DNA from: Octopus bimaculoides
Lineage: Eukaryota
Direction of reading: 5' to 3'
DNA length: 61,916 bases
Assembly: GCF_001194135.2 (NCBI RefSeq)
Contig: NC_068984.1
Span: 122,273,759-122,335,674, forward strand
The position numbers were made by a program, and so were the translations under genes. The notes beneath the pieces are model-generated. The model had not been told where the DNA came from. It saw only the letters and a program-made list of their open reading frames with translations, and ran no database searches. Positions 13,530-25,676 of this stretch are shown piece by piece (position 1 is the stretch's first letter; each line of letters opens with the position of its first letter).

Positions 13530-14060
13530 TTGGAATGAAAATCAGACAGGAATGTATAATCATCCCAACACATTTCACCGTTTTGTTTTCAGTTACAGTT
13601 TCTAGAACTACTGTACAGTTGGCAAATTTATTCAACCCTTGCAGATGATGTCAGAGCTAATGCAACATCAGTAGAAGATCTACAGACAGCTACCAACATT
13701 TTTGCTGATGCATCAACAAGCAGATACTAGGTTCACCCATTCAGGCACACGGACAGATTGTAGACAGTATAAAGGAATTCCAATATCATAAAACAAAGAT
13801 ATTGGTAAGGGTAAAATGTGCCTGTGTAACCTTTTTGTATAAGGAGTTGTGCCCACTCTCCTACACTTTTGATAACTGGGATAAGATATAGGTGACGTTT
13901 CCATAAGCTGGAAATTTACGATCAGTTTTCTGAGGAATCACACATCAGGCAGGGAAAATTGTGTAATGTTGGTGTGCTCAAGTAAGCCTATATTTCTAGA
14001 TTATCCAACATTAGCTTCAATGGCCTTATTGTGTATAAATGGTAGGCTATTTTATTCTCA
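13530..14060 (+). mobile_element. Highly degraded RTE/BovB-like LINE RT fragment
   Basis: IRQECIIIPTHFTVLFS resembles VKQGCVLAPTLFxIFFS; ADDV..SVEDLQ and VVPTLL motifs follow in the expected order. Confidence 0.5.
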
Positions 14061-14668
14061 GGTGAATAAAGGAAACCATATGCAAAGTGAACAAGAGAAG
14101 TAATTCAAAGATGTACTTGAAGGAGATTTGAACAAGTGTGACATCAGTATGTACAAGTAGGAATTATAGATGAATAACCAATGAAACTGCTAGATCATCT
14201 ATAAAGAAGCCCAACACTTTGACATGGTATGAACTGAATGCCTCAGTAATAAACATGATTAGGAAACAACTGTCTGGTCTGTAAATGGACATGGGGGGGG
14301 GGTCCTGCAATGACCTTCATAGTCACATATAGGTCCATAGAAATTAATCTTCTGGACAATCATCCTCGGGCTCTTCAGAATGTGTGTGTGTGTATATATA
14401 TATGCGTAAGTATATGTGTATGTATATATATATGTATATATCTGTGTATATATATATACGTGTGTGTGTATGTATATGTGCATATACCTGTTCATATGTA
14501 TATATATGTCTATACCTATATATTTTTCTATATGTATATGTGTATGCGTGTGTGTATATATATGTATATATAGTGAGAATTTACAAAAAAACAAAAAACG
14601 ATGGGTGTATAAACAACAAACGTATTCGTTTAACGCTCAGGAAGTGAGAAAATCTTTTATGTATGTAT

Positions 14669-14824
14669 GGAGTGGCTGTGTGGTAAGTAGCTTGCTTACT
14701 AACCACATGGTTCCGGGTTCATTCCCACTGCATGGCACCTTGGGCAAGTGTCTTCTACTATAGCCTCGGGCCGACCAAAGCCTTGTGAGTGGATTTGGTA
14801 GACGGAAACTGAAAGAAGCCCGTC

Positions 14825-14882
<58 letters not shown>

Positions 14883-15007
14883 GTTTGTGTGTCTGTTTGT
14901 CCCCCCCAACATCGCTTGACAACCGGTGCTGGTGTGTTTACGTCCCTATAACTTAGCGGTTCGGCAAAAGAGACCGATAGAATAAGTACTAGGCTTACAA
15001 AGAATAA
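14669..15007 (+). mobile_element. SINE family A (tRNA-derived head), young copy
   Basis: GGAGTGGCTGTGTGGTAAG...GGTTC A/B-box-like head, internal (TA)n/(TG)n, conserved tail; many diverged copies in the window. Confidence 0.8.
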
Positions 15008-15009
15008 AA

Positions 15010-15607
15010 AGCCAGGTGCCAGTCAAACAGCACTGGCATCAACCATGACTATGAATTCACTTGGTTTGACAGGTCTTCACAAGCACAGCATTTTGCCCAA
15101 CAAATTCAAGCATTGGGCCTCATGGCAGTAATGTTAAGCCTAATGAGATCGTATTTGTGACCGATGCCAGTTTTGCATAACTGGCCCATTGAAAGCACCC
15201 TTCAATCGTTGGGCGATATGCTATGCTTGTGAAGACCTGTCAAGCCAAGTGAAATCATAGTTGTGGCCGGTGCCAGTGACATAAAAAGCACTGTTCAAGC
15301 ATTGGGCCTCATGGAGACAGTGACAGGTGACCAAGACTGTTGGCAATACACCATGCTTGTGTAGACTTGTCAAGCCAAGTGAGACCATAGTCGTCACCTC
15401 TACTAGTGTCAGGCTATTGGCACCTGTGCTGGTGGTACATAAAAAACACCCACTACACTCTTGGAGTGGTTGGTGTTAGGAAGGACATCCATCCATAGAA
15501 ACCTTGCCAAATCATATCGGAACCTGGTGCAGCTCCCAGCTTACCAGTTTTCAATCAAACTGTCCAACCCATGCTAGCATGGAAAGTGGACGTTAAATGA
15601 TGATGAT
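15010..15607 (+). mobile_element. Retroposon family B, long copy with duplicated internal modules
   Basis: Same 3' end as 873-1030. Other copies near 130-540(-), 2080-2358, 16248-16475(-), 19855-20130, 24165-24470, 30380-30660, 32345-32560, 38270-38520 and 49915-50300(-). Confidence 0.75.
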
Positions 15608-16488
15608 TATAAGTGATGTATAGACTTCACTGTTTCTGCTTAAGTGTAGTTAATAATAGAATCATTTAGAAATAAATGCATAAGCATGAAAAATTAGTAT
15701 ATTTTAAAAAATAAATTTGTTTTTGCATCTTCAGTTCTATAGCATTGTACATTTAGTTACTGATTCTCACAACATTACTTCATCCAGTATGATGATGTCT
15801 GTACTTTGCTAAAGAGGTCTTTTGAAATTCAAACACACCTTGAGTTGTCTTCTGTACTTGCTGAAATCATTAAAATATTAGCCATTGAGGAGTAAGCATG
15901 GCTGGTGTGGTTAAGAAGTTCACTTCCCAAATATATGGTTTCAGGTTCAGTCCCACTGAAAGGCATCTTGGGTAAGTGTCTTCAGTTATAGCCCTGGGTG
16001 GAGGACCAAACCCAAGTTAGTGGATTTGGTAGACAGAAACTGAAAAATGCCCATCATATATATGTATGTATATATACAAATATAAAAATATTTGTCTATA
16101 TGAGTGCTTCCCAACCATGTGGGTCCAGATTCAATCCCACTATGTAGAACCTTGGGCAAGTGTTTTTTACTATAGCCTCAGGTTGACCAAAGCCTTCTTG
16201 TGAGTGAATTCGGTAAATGGAAACTGAAAGAAGCCTATCATATACATATCATCATCATTATCATTTAGCATCCATTCTCCATGCTGGCATGGGTTGGACA
16301 GTTTGACTAGGGCTGGTAAGCTAAGGGGATGCACCAGACTCCAGTCTGATTTGGCATGGTTTCTACAATTGGATGCCCTTTCTAACACCAATCACCCCAA
16401 GAATGTAATGGGTGCTTTTATGTGACACCAGTATCTGTCACAACTATGATTTCAGTTAGCTTGATGGGTCTTCTCAAATATGTACGTA

Positions 16489-17638
16489 TTGGGTTGGCAA
16501 GACAGTAATTTCATTTTTCGCAAATTTGTTTGAATGACTTTTGTCAATGTTATGATTTTTTCCTTTTGACATTTGATAGCTGTTACCTTTAGTTTACTTT
16601 AAAAGCAAATTGCACGTAATTTTGTTTGCAGCTGTTAGAGATATGTGAAGTTTATGGTGTTGATTGCTTAACAGAACACATATGTCAGAAATGGTTTTAA
16701 AAATTCCATTCTGGAGATTTTTCACTCAAAGATGATCAACGTTTTGGTCAACCCACTGAAGTTGATGATGACAGAATCAAAGCCATAATCGAATCTGATT
16801 ATTATATAACTGTGTGAGAGATTACAGAGAGGTTAAATGTAGCACACAGAAGAATTGAAAATCACTTAGGATGTCTTAGACTCATAAAAAAACTTGATAT
16901 TTAGGTTCCACATAAATTAGAAGAGATTCACTTAACACGACAAATCAATATTTGCGACATGCATCTCAAATACAATGAAATCGATCTTTTTCTGAAACAA
17001 ATCATCACTAGTGATGCAAAATTGATTGTCTACGATAACATCAATTAAAAACAATCATGGTCCAAATCACATCCAAAGCTGAATTGCATCAAAAAAGCTC
17101 ATGTTGTCAATTTGGTGGGATTACAAAGGTGTTGTGTATTTTGAGCTGCTTCCAACAAACCAAACGATCAATTCAGATGTTTACTGTCAACAACTAATGC
17201 AACTGGAGAAAGTAATCAAAGAAAAATGTCCAGAATTGGAAAATCGTAAAGGAATCATGTTTCACCATGGCAACACTAGACCATGCACATCTTTGCTAAC
17301 TCATGAAAAATTATTGGAGTTTGGTTGGGAAGTGATGTTACATCCACCATATAGCCCTGACCTTGCACCATCAGATTACCATTTATTTCGAAGTTTGCAA
17401 AATTCTTTGACTAGTAAAACTTTCAATAATGATGACCTGAAATCACACTTGCTTCAGTTTTTGACTGATAAGGACCAGAAGTTCTATGAGCATGGAATCA
17501 TGAAGTTGTCAGAAAGATAGCAAAAGGTCATTGAACAAAATGGAAAATATATAACTGATTAAAGTTCATTCTTTGTATGAAGAAAAAATGACTTTTATTT
17601 CACACTAAAAAACCGAAATTACTTTCTTGCCAACCCAA
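16489..17638 (+). mobile_element. mariner DNA transposon, TIR-complete and inactive (mellifera-subfamily-like)
   Basis: TA|TTGGGTTGGCAAGA..GTAATTTC start and GAAATTAC..TCTTGCCAACCCAA|TA end, TA TSD. Transposase remnants include WWDYKGVVYFELL, HGNTRP (D lost from HDNARP) and HPPYSPDLAPSDYHLFRSL; stops and frameshifts in the 5' half. Confidence 0.93.
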
Positions 17639-19529
17639 TATATATTTGTGTTTGTGTTTGTCCCCCACCACTCCATGACAACTGGTGTTGGTGTATTTAT
17701 ATCCCTAAAATCTAGCAGTTCAGCAAATGAGGCCGATAGAATAAATACTAGGCTTTAAAAAAATAAGTCCTAGGGTCTATTTCTTTGACTAAAAAAAGCC
17801 CCTTCAAATGGCTGAAACAAGTAAAAGATAGAAAATATATGCATGAGTGAGTTTGTATTAACCTCTCCCACACACTTTGTTGATTTGTAAGCATCCTGAA
17901 AGTGTCATTTGCTTGCAAACAGCCACAAAATCAGATTCAGAATTTTTCACTTTTTGCATGAACTTTGTAACAAAAAGATCATTCATACAATATTGTTTAT
18001 TTCCAGCTCTCTACATAAAACATATCCCAGCTGTTTGTTGTTCAACAGACAGTGAGATTTAAAATAAGTAGGGGTAAGCAACAGAAATAGCACCAAGCTG
18101 TAGAAAACCCTGCTCCAGCCTTCTTTCATCTGACTCAAGTAGAATTAGAAAAACAGACATTGAAACATGGATAATAATGAGCTAATGTTTCCCTCTTAGA
18201 TTTTTGCTGTTCACTATATCTAAATATGTTGAACTAAACTAAGTTATAGATGTTTTTCATACAGCAGATGTTTCTAAGTTATTAACATCAGTGAATGAGG
18301 TTTTTTCACATGACTGTGGTATCTCACTATTACTCACCAAGGCTTGAACTCTATATATCATGATTACTAGTACATTAGAATTGAGGCATTTTATTTATAA
18401 ACAGTATACGTAATTTCGATTATAATTCATAGTGTAATCTAAATTTGCTGCTAATCTTCGAACGTATTAAGATAAAACCTGTTTAAAACTAATATAGCAA
18501 CTTGTACAGATAACAGAAATTACACACATGCACATGTATACTTTATGTACATTATATAATATAGAGGTATATTATGATGTTAATGTTCTAGACAACTGAC
18601 ACATGATACTAAATTTTACAACACACTTGGGTAAAAATCTAGTTAGTCTGTGCTATTCACTGACAAGAGGCTAGTCATAAGGCTAAACCTAATCGGCTTC
18701 TCTGTCTTAATGATATGGTAATGTGTATTTATATATATGCGTGAATAATATCTTAGTCATCTTAGGCAGTTGAAACTGGAGACCAGAGTGTAAAACAATA
18801 CTTTAAAGTATGGATTTCTAACTTGGTATGAGGCCACAAATTTGTAAAGATGAAACTAAAATCAAATGAATTGATCTCATTATATGTTACTGGTTCTTAT
18901 TAGCTTTGTTGAAGGAGGCTCTATGTGGTCACTTGATTGATAGAAACAGCAACCAAGTCTCCTTTAAACTATATCTTACCTTCTTAAAAATGATTATGAT
19001 GAATCATGTAGTTTTAGATATAGTATACCTAATTAAAAGATAGGGCAATCCTTGTTGGATTGTTTGCTTTGGAGGGATGAAAATTCAAAGGTCATAAAAT
19101 GGCAAAATTAACCACTGTAAGGTATTTAATTTAGCCCCCTACCAGTTCTATACTTAATACTTTTGCAAATAAAATAAACTCATAACAAACCAAATGGAAC
19201 ATTTGGAAATGGTCGAGATTATCACGAGGATTGGCTATGAATTGTTGGAACTTTTGATAAGACATTAATCTAAACAAAAATGAGGCTTTGAAAGCATATT
19301 GTTTGTGTCTATGCCCCTACACACATTCTGTTCTTAATGAATCAACTTCTCCCTCATTAATTATCTTCCTAACACCCAACCCTCTCCACCCATGTTCACC
19401 ACTTGCTGTATTCTCCTCTATCTCCATCTGTAGCCATATGCCATTCTCTTTACACATTCTTGTGGACTTACTTATGTACCAGCTCACCCTATCCAATCCT
19501 TGTTGCCCTTTCTCTTATATTCACATTCC

Positions 19530-19735
19530 TGTAATAACTGGTACTTAATTTATCCTGTGTAACTGGTACTTAATTTATTATTCCTGCGTAACTGGTACTT
19601 AATTTATCAACCCCGAAAGGATGAAAGGCAAAGTCGACCTCGGTGGAATTTGAACTCAGAATGTAAAGACAGACGAAATACCGTTAAGCATTTTGCCCAG
19701 CGTGCTATTGATTCTGCCAGCTCACCACCTTGCAA
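19530..19735 (-). mobile_element. SINE family C (GGTGAGCTGGCAGAATC...GAGTTCAAATTCC head)
   Basis: Young reverse copy with a triplicated TAACTGGTACTTAATTTA. Other copies near 24697-24915, 33320-33522, 37150-37360(-), 46670-47245(-), 56250-56830, 57115-57325(-) and 61625-61800(-). Confidence 0.8.
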
Positions 19736-20356
19736 AACACATGTTTCTGTCTCTCTGTCACACTCTGACTTTTCATCATTTGATAAAAGATCACTTCCTC
19801 CAATACCCCCTCCCATCTCAATGACTCCTTCTCTTGTAAGTTACTTGGTGACCCTACCAGTGCTGGTGCCACATAAAAAGCATCCAGTTGGCATTTGGAA
19901 GAGCATCTAGCTGTAAAAACCATATGAAAACTGACCTTGCCTATGTTTGTGCCACATAAAAAGCATTCAGTCCACTCTGCAGGGTGGTTGGTGTTAAGAA
20001 GGGCATCTCGCCGTAAAACCCATGCCAAAACAGACACAGAAGTCTGGCGCAGTTTTCTGTCTGGTCAGCTCCTGTCAAACTGTCTAACCCATGCCAATGT
20101 GGAAGGCAGACATTAAACTATGATGATGATGATATATATAGATTTAAATAAAGATAGTTATGGCTAGTTTATAGAGTTACCCAAGGTTTTGTATCCATAA
20201 AGTCCTTGGCTTTACATACATCTCATCAGACCCTAATGGCCAGTGGATGTGAAACCCAATGAACTGTCCATAACTATCTTTAAATACTCTCGTGCTCTAT
20301 AACTTAGAATGTGCTTCTGTTTTGGATTTATGATTTACTGACTATATATATATATA

Positions 20357-20539
20357 AAGAAAACAGAAAATGGAGAAATATTGATGAACAACAATTGACT
20401 TACATCAATTATTATTTATTAATTCAATACAAATAGACTGCATTCTATTGAATTAATAAATAATTGTATTGAATTGATAAATAATAATTGATGTAAGTCA
20501 ATTATTGTTCATCAATATTTCTCCATTTTCTGTTTTCTT
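20357..20539. mobile_element. 183-bp palindromic MITE / fold-back with TA flanks
   Basis: Arms of about 75 bp (AAGAAAACAGAAAATGGAGAAATATTGATGAAC...) with about 2 mismatches, loop of about 30 nt, TA on both sides. Confidence 0.85.
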
Positions 20540-20629
20540 TAAGTTTTGATTCTTGATAAACTCATGTTTATCCTTGTCTTTACCTATAATTTATGAGCTT
20601 AATATGCTTGCATATGTTAAACATAGGTA

Positions 20630-23089
20630 ATATACCGGTAGTATAATGGATACTTCTATCACTTAGACGGTTATTTTAGCCTCTAACTCACCTAACCCTA
20701 TTTATATATGTATATATATATACCTTTACAAACGGGTCAAACATCGATTACCAAAAATCTTAACATATTGAAGAACATTAAATGTTTTTTTTTTCCATAG
20801 GAAATATTTTGAGACATGTAAAGGAACAATTTATTCCTCTTTTGAAATAAATAAATTTAAATTACAATAATAGTTCAACTAATAACTTTTCAGATGATGT
20901 AAAACTTGCCACCATTATATATTAAGAAGATAATTTAACTATTTTTTTTATGTGTACAGGGTAGTCTCATTTTCATTAGTAAAGATATAGTTTCTTCGCT
21001 TCTTTTCAAATGAAGTAACTAGCATCATTTTTCCTTATTCGTGTCATTTCATTTGGTAAATTTTGATAAGTGCAACCTATTTGGTAAATTTGTAGAGGTC
21101 GTATTAAACTGTAATTTTCCTTTGATAACACTGGTTCGTGTAGAAGATCCCAATTAGTTTCTAGTGGTGACATGCTTTCTCCTAACACCGAATACGGAAG
21201 GGACATAAATCTGCAATGTTTATATTCGTTAGTTTCCATCTAGTGCCAGGTCAATTGACACGAGCACTGGGCTTCACAAACGTTAATTACTCACGTCTAG
21301 TTATACACTTCATTGGATCGAAGATAATTCGTTGTGGACATTTCTTCAATTGTTTTAATTATTACATATCTACCTGAGGTAATGTATGCTGTCTACGTTT
21401 TAAACCCTATTCTATCTCTCTTTTCGTCTTGCTAAATATTACAATAGTTAAGCCCGTTGACACCTCTCCCTTGCTTTATTTATGGTACTTGTTACACACA
21501 AGTCTTTACTATGGGGAGTGTTTATTGTTATTAGTAAAAATAAATCCAATGACCCAGTCTTCGGTGGTGTGACAGTTCTTACAATATAAAGTGTTAAAAA
21601 TAATTTTGTTTAATAATAAAGCTGTTCTTATATTTATAACTAGCAATGTAGGAATTCCAATAAAGGAACCGCTTTATGAAACATATTGTCACTTCTGACA
21701 AAAGAACGTTAAGTTGTATTAAATTTATGAATGGCCAATTATGGTTCCTCTTTGATCACCACAACATGGGTTTTGAACAACAAGAAATGACCCTGTAAAT
21801 TTTCTTTAAACTGCATCTTACCGTCTTAAAAGGCGGGAAAGACATTGGATAATGTAGTATTTGGTACATTGCCAGAAAGAAAGAAAAAAGAAACGGATTG
21901 GTTATGACTGGAACACTTTTGGGTAAATTTTCAGATCAACACCCGCACGATTTTCACTAAGGTGTTAGGGTGGGAATTCCGTCCCTAACCCTAAAACACT
22001 AATCCTAATCCTAAAGCCCTAACACCGTAGTGAAAATCGTGCGGGTGTTAATCTGAAAATTTACCCACTTTTGATCATGGAGCCCGTCTATCAGGACTGA
22101 CCTGGGGCTAAACAACACGTTATGTAACACATGTTTTGATACGATAAATGTAAATCTTACTGCATGAAATTTTTACTTATGTTTAATGTGACAAAGTGGG
22201 AGGGCGGTGACAATGTAGACAATGTACTACATTTGTTTTCTAACAAAAGACCTCGTCCGAAACATTAGTTTATGCTTATCACGGGACTCTGACACACATC
22301 GTGTCTGTTTGTAACTATACTATACTATACTATCGTATCTATTTTAGCTTTTCATATCTTAAGTTGAATTTTTAGTGGTGGGAGTGGTTCGTTTAATTTT
22401 ACTTTCCATGTAACCCATATGTACAAAACGAGTACCAGTCATGGACTAAAGTCGATTCACTTGACAATATGCCATCATCTTACAAATGCGTGTCTTGGTT
22501 CTGATATCGGCCGAAGTGTTTTTATGTGCAGACGAAAGATCATTTGGTCTTGTATTTAGACAAGTAAATTTATCTTTCGTATGGACAGCAACACTTTAAT
22601 TCATTCTTTTGTTTTTACGATAGAATATTTATTGCCTTTTTTATCTATTGAAAGGACTGTGAATGGTAGTGTCGGATTAAATCTCTTATTTTCAGAGTTC
22701 AAATCCCGTGGACATCCTTCAGATGTTAACATAAATACCACTGAAGCTCTGGGATTGATTTTATGTTTTCCCAAAATTATGCAGAAATTATTGTATCAAT
22801 ATTAGAAATAGATATTTATCCCTTGAATAAACAGGGTTTGTTTTGATTTGCTTCACTAACTTTTTTTTTTTTTACTTTCGTTCCAGATGTTGCTAGTGAG
22901 ATAGAAGTGCTTTTTTTTTTTCACAAGATAAACAAAACTCGAATTATTCCTAACAACTGATATACCAAATAATAATAAAGATAACGAGCTGTGGTGTTGT
23001 TTGGACAGTTTTGTCAATGGACTTTGAAATATTGTAACTACGTTTTCTCCAACGAAGCTGACAGTCGTCTGCAACTGAGCCTCGTAATT
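20630..23089. promoter_or_regulatory. CpG-richer region upstream of ATG7 (putative promoter / 5'UTR)
   Basis: CG dinucleotides are visibly more frequent than in the CpG-poor flanks (judged by eye, not computed); lies directly 5' of the ATG7 start. Confidence 0.45.
21922..22065. mobile_element. 144-bp MITE with 49-bp TIRs and an 8-bp TSD (Merlin-like)
   Basis: TIR GGTAAATTTTCAGAT(C/T)AACACCCGCACGATTTTCACTA(A/C)GGTGTTAGGG, 2 mismatches; perfect CACTTTTG duplication at 21914-21921 and 22066-22073. Confidence 0.9.
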
Positions 23090-23234
23090 ATGGCAACTGA
23101 ACCTCAGAAGTTGATGTTTGTACCCTTCAGTAGCGCCTTAGATGCTGGTTTGTGGTATAAACTTTCAGAGAACAAACTCAATGTCTACGGATTAGACGAT
23201 TCGCCGAAACCAATTTTTGGATTTTATTACAATG
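23090..23234 (+). CDS. ATG7: ATG7 coding exon 1 ([49 protein letters not shown])
   Basis: ATG in strong context (aattATGG); matches the ATG7 N-terminus (FxPFSSALDxGFW...KLN..YYN); donor G|gttaga, phase 1. Confidence 0.93.
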
Positions 23235-23302
23235 GTTAGAATATTGTTTGTTTAATTTTTTAATATCTTGTTTCTATGTCAAACAGTTTTCTCATACATA
23301 CA

Positions 23303-23430
23303 TTGGGTTGGCCAAAAAGTCCATTCATTTTTGTCAGTACTAAACTTGATGCACTCTAAGAACAGAAGTTATCCTATTCATTTATCAAATGCAGTGTTGA
23401 GCATTCATTCTCGTTTGATACTATTGTATG
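23303..23430 (+). mobile_element. Truncated end of a second mariner-like element in ATG7 intron 1
   Basis: TTGGGTTGGCCAAAAAGTCCATTCATTTTT resembles mariner TIRs and shares TTGGGTTGGC with 16489; no partner TIR found. Confidence 0.5.
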
Positions 23431-23442
23431 TGTGTGTGTCTG

Positions 23443-23498
<56 letters not shown>

Positions 23499-23953
23499 TG
23501 CAGATATGGCTGTGTTGTAAGAAGCTTACTTCCCATCCGCATGATTCTGAGTTCACTGCATGGCTGAGCACTGTTACATGCACCCCTAATGTTGTTCTCA
23601 AGGAGATTCAGTGTGATACAGAATGTGACAATGCTGGTCTTTTGAAATGCAGGTACTACTCATTTTTGTCGTTTTTGTCAGCTGAGTGACTGGAGCAACA
23701 TAAAATAAAGTATCTTGCTCAAGGACACAATGTGTTACTGGGAATTGAAGTCATGACCTTATGTTCTTGAGCCAAGTACTCTAACCACTATTCCACATGC
23801 CTTCACTCACACACATAAACGCACATGCACACATACTCATTCAAGATCCATGTATAAATTCTTTTAATTCAATATAATTGATTCATACCATGCCCATGCA
23901 TTGTGTTCTCATGTACACATTTACTTCTAATTTTTTTCTGTTTTATTGACCAG

Positions 23954-24005
23954 GATATCCCAGTGGGCCATGTCGGCTGAGCCTTGATTTCACTGCCTTT
24001 GATAG
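23954..24005 (+). CDS. ATG7: ATG7 exon 2 (GYPSGPCRLSLDFTAFD)
   Basis: ccag acceptor, AG|gtatg donor, 52 nt, phase 1 to 2; aligns to human RLTLEFSAFD. Confidence 0.92.
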
Positions 24006-25676
24006 GTATGTTAATTATAAATACTTCTATATTTTAGTTTCATCCTTGTTGAATAAGATTTCACGCTAGCACCTAAAAGGACAATCCTGTATGTGCGGAA
24101 GAAGACATAGGATTGTGTCCCTCTGCAGACGTATGTCTCCTTCCACACATACAGGCTTCTTGTCTTTTCAGGTACTGGTGCCACTTAAAAAGCAGAAAAG
24201 CACCTGTGCCACTGCTGCGTTACTGCACCTGTGCTGGTGCTGCATTAATGCATCTGTGCCGGTGCTGCATAAACGTACCTGTGACAGTGACACATAAAAA
24301 GCACCCAGAACACTCTTAAGTGGTTGGCATTAAGAAGGACATCCAGCTATAGAAACTATGCTACAACAGACAGTTGGATTCTGGGCAGCTCCCTGCTAAT
24401 CAGCTCCATGTCAAATTGTCCAACCCATGCCAGCATGGAGACCAAGTGTTAAGCAATGATGATGATCACCATCATGTGATTGCCATATGGTTATTCATGT
24501 GTGATTTGTGAGTGTATCATAATGCAGATGTTTATTTTCAAAAGTGTGACTCTCTCTCTCTAATGTCACATATCTTATGCTCACAATTAACACAACTCAG
24601 ATATGTTTCTCATATCATATCAATGACTTCATGTTCAATTCCTTGGGCTGTTTATTTTTAAGGTGTCTGATAGTCAACATTATTATGGTTTCGGTAAGGG
24701 GGTAAGCTCGCAGAATCGTTAGCGTGCTGGACGAAATGCTTAGCAGCATTTTGTCTGTCTTTATGTTCTGATTCAAACTCCACCATGGTTGACTTTACCT
24801 TTCATGCTTTCAGGAGTTGATAAAATAAGTACCAGTTGAGAACTGGGGTTGATATAATTGACTAAACTCTTCCTACCAAAATTTGCTGGCTTTGTGCCAA
24901 ATTTAAAACTATTATTATGACGCATGGCTTAGTGGTTAGGGTATTTTGCTCACAGTCATATAGTTGTGAGTTCAATACCTGGTGGCGTGTTGTGTTCTTG
25001 AGCAAGGCACTTTATTTCTTGTTGCTCCAGTCCACCCAGCTGGCAAAAATGAGTAGTACCTGTATTTCAAAGGGCCAGTCTTGTCATATTCTGAGAACTA
25101 TGTTAAGGATATGCATATCTGTGGAGTGCTCAGTTACTTGCATGTTAATTTCATGAGCAAGCCGTCCCATTGATCAGATCAACTGGAACTCTCATCGTCA
25201 TAACTGACAGAGTGCCAGTTATTATGGCTATCTGACTTCAGAGTCAAAGCTTGCTTTACCACCATGTGGTTTCAAGTTCAGTTCCACTTTGTGGCATCTT
25301 GGGTGAGTGTCTTCTACCATAACCCCTGGCTGTGTGAGTGAATTTGGTTGATGGAAACAATGTGGAAATCCATCATATGTTTATATGTGTTATTGTCTCC
25401 TTGCCTTGATATCTCATAGAAGTTGTAAATGAGTGTCCCTTCATGCATGCAGTGTCCTTCATTTCCAATCTTCGGTGAAAACATGTCTGGGAAAACACGT
25501 TATGGGGAAATATCACCTTATCTGGGAACAGACAGGGGTTGGTGACAAAAGGTCATCTGGTCATAGGAAATCCACCTCAAAGAAATTTTGTCAAACTCAT
25601 GCAAGCATGTAAAAGTGAATGTTGAAACAACAATAATGATGATAATGATGTTGAAGATGACCTTTTTTTATTTCAG

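Noticed and set aside
21006-21239. Minus ORF METNEYKHCRF... as a divergent gene
   Set aside because: 77 aa, no recognised homology, no convincing donor, and the 55-nt upstream intron lacks a pyrimidine tract; kept only as context for the speculative minus-strand gene.
21983-22022. Interstitial telomere or chromosome fusion site
   Set aside because: Only a few degenerate CCCTAA units, inside a TSD-flanked MITE.
22991-23089. N-terminal extension of ATG7 suggested by ORF 22991-23239
   Set aside because: The track starts at a GTG; homology begins at the ATG at 23090, which has a strong context.
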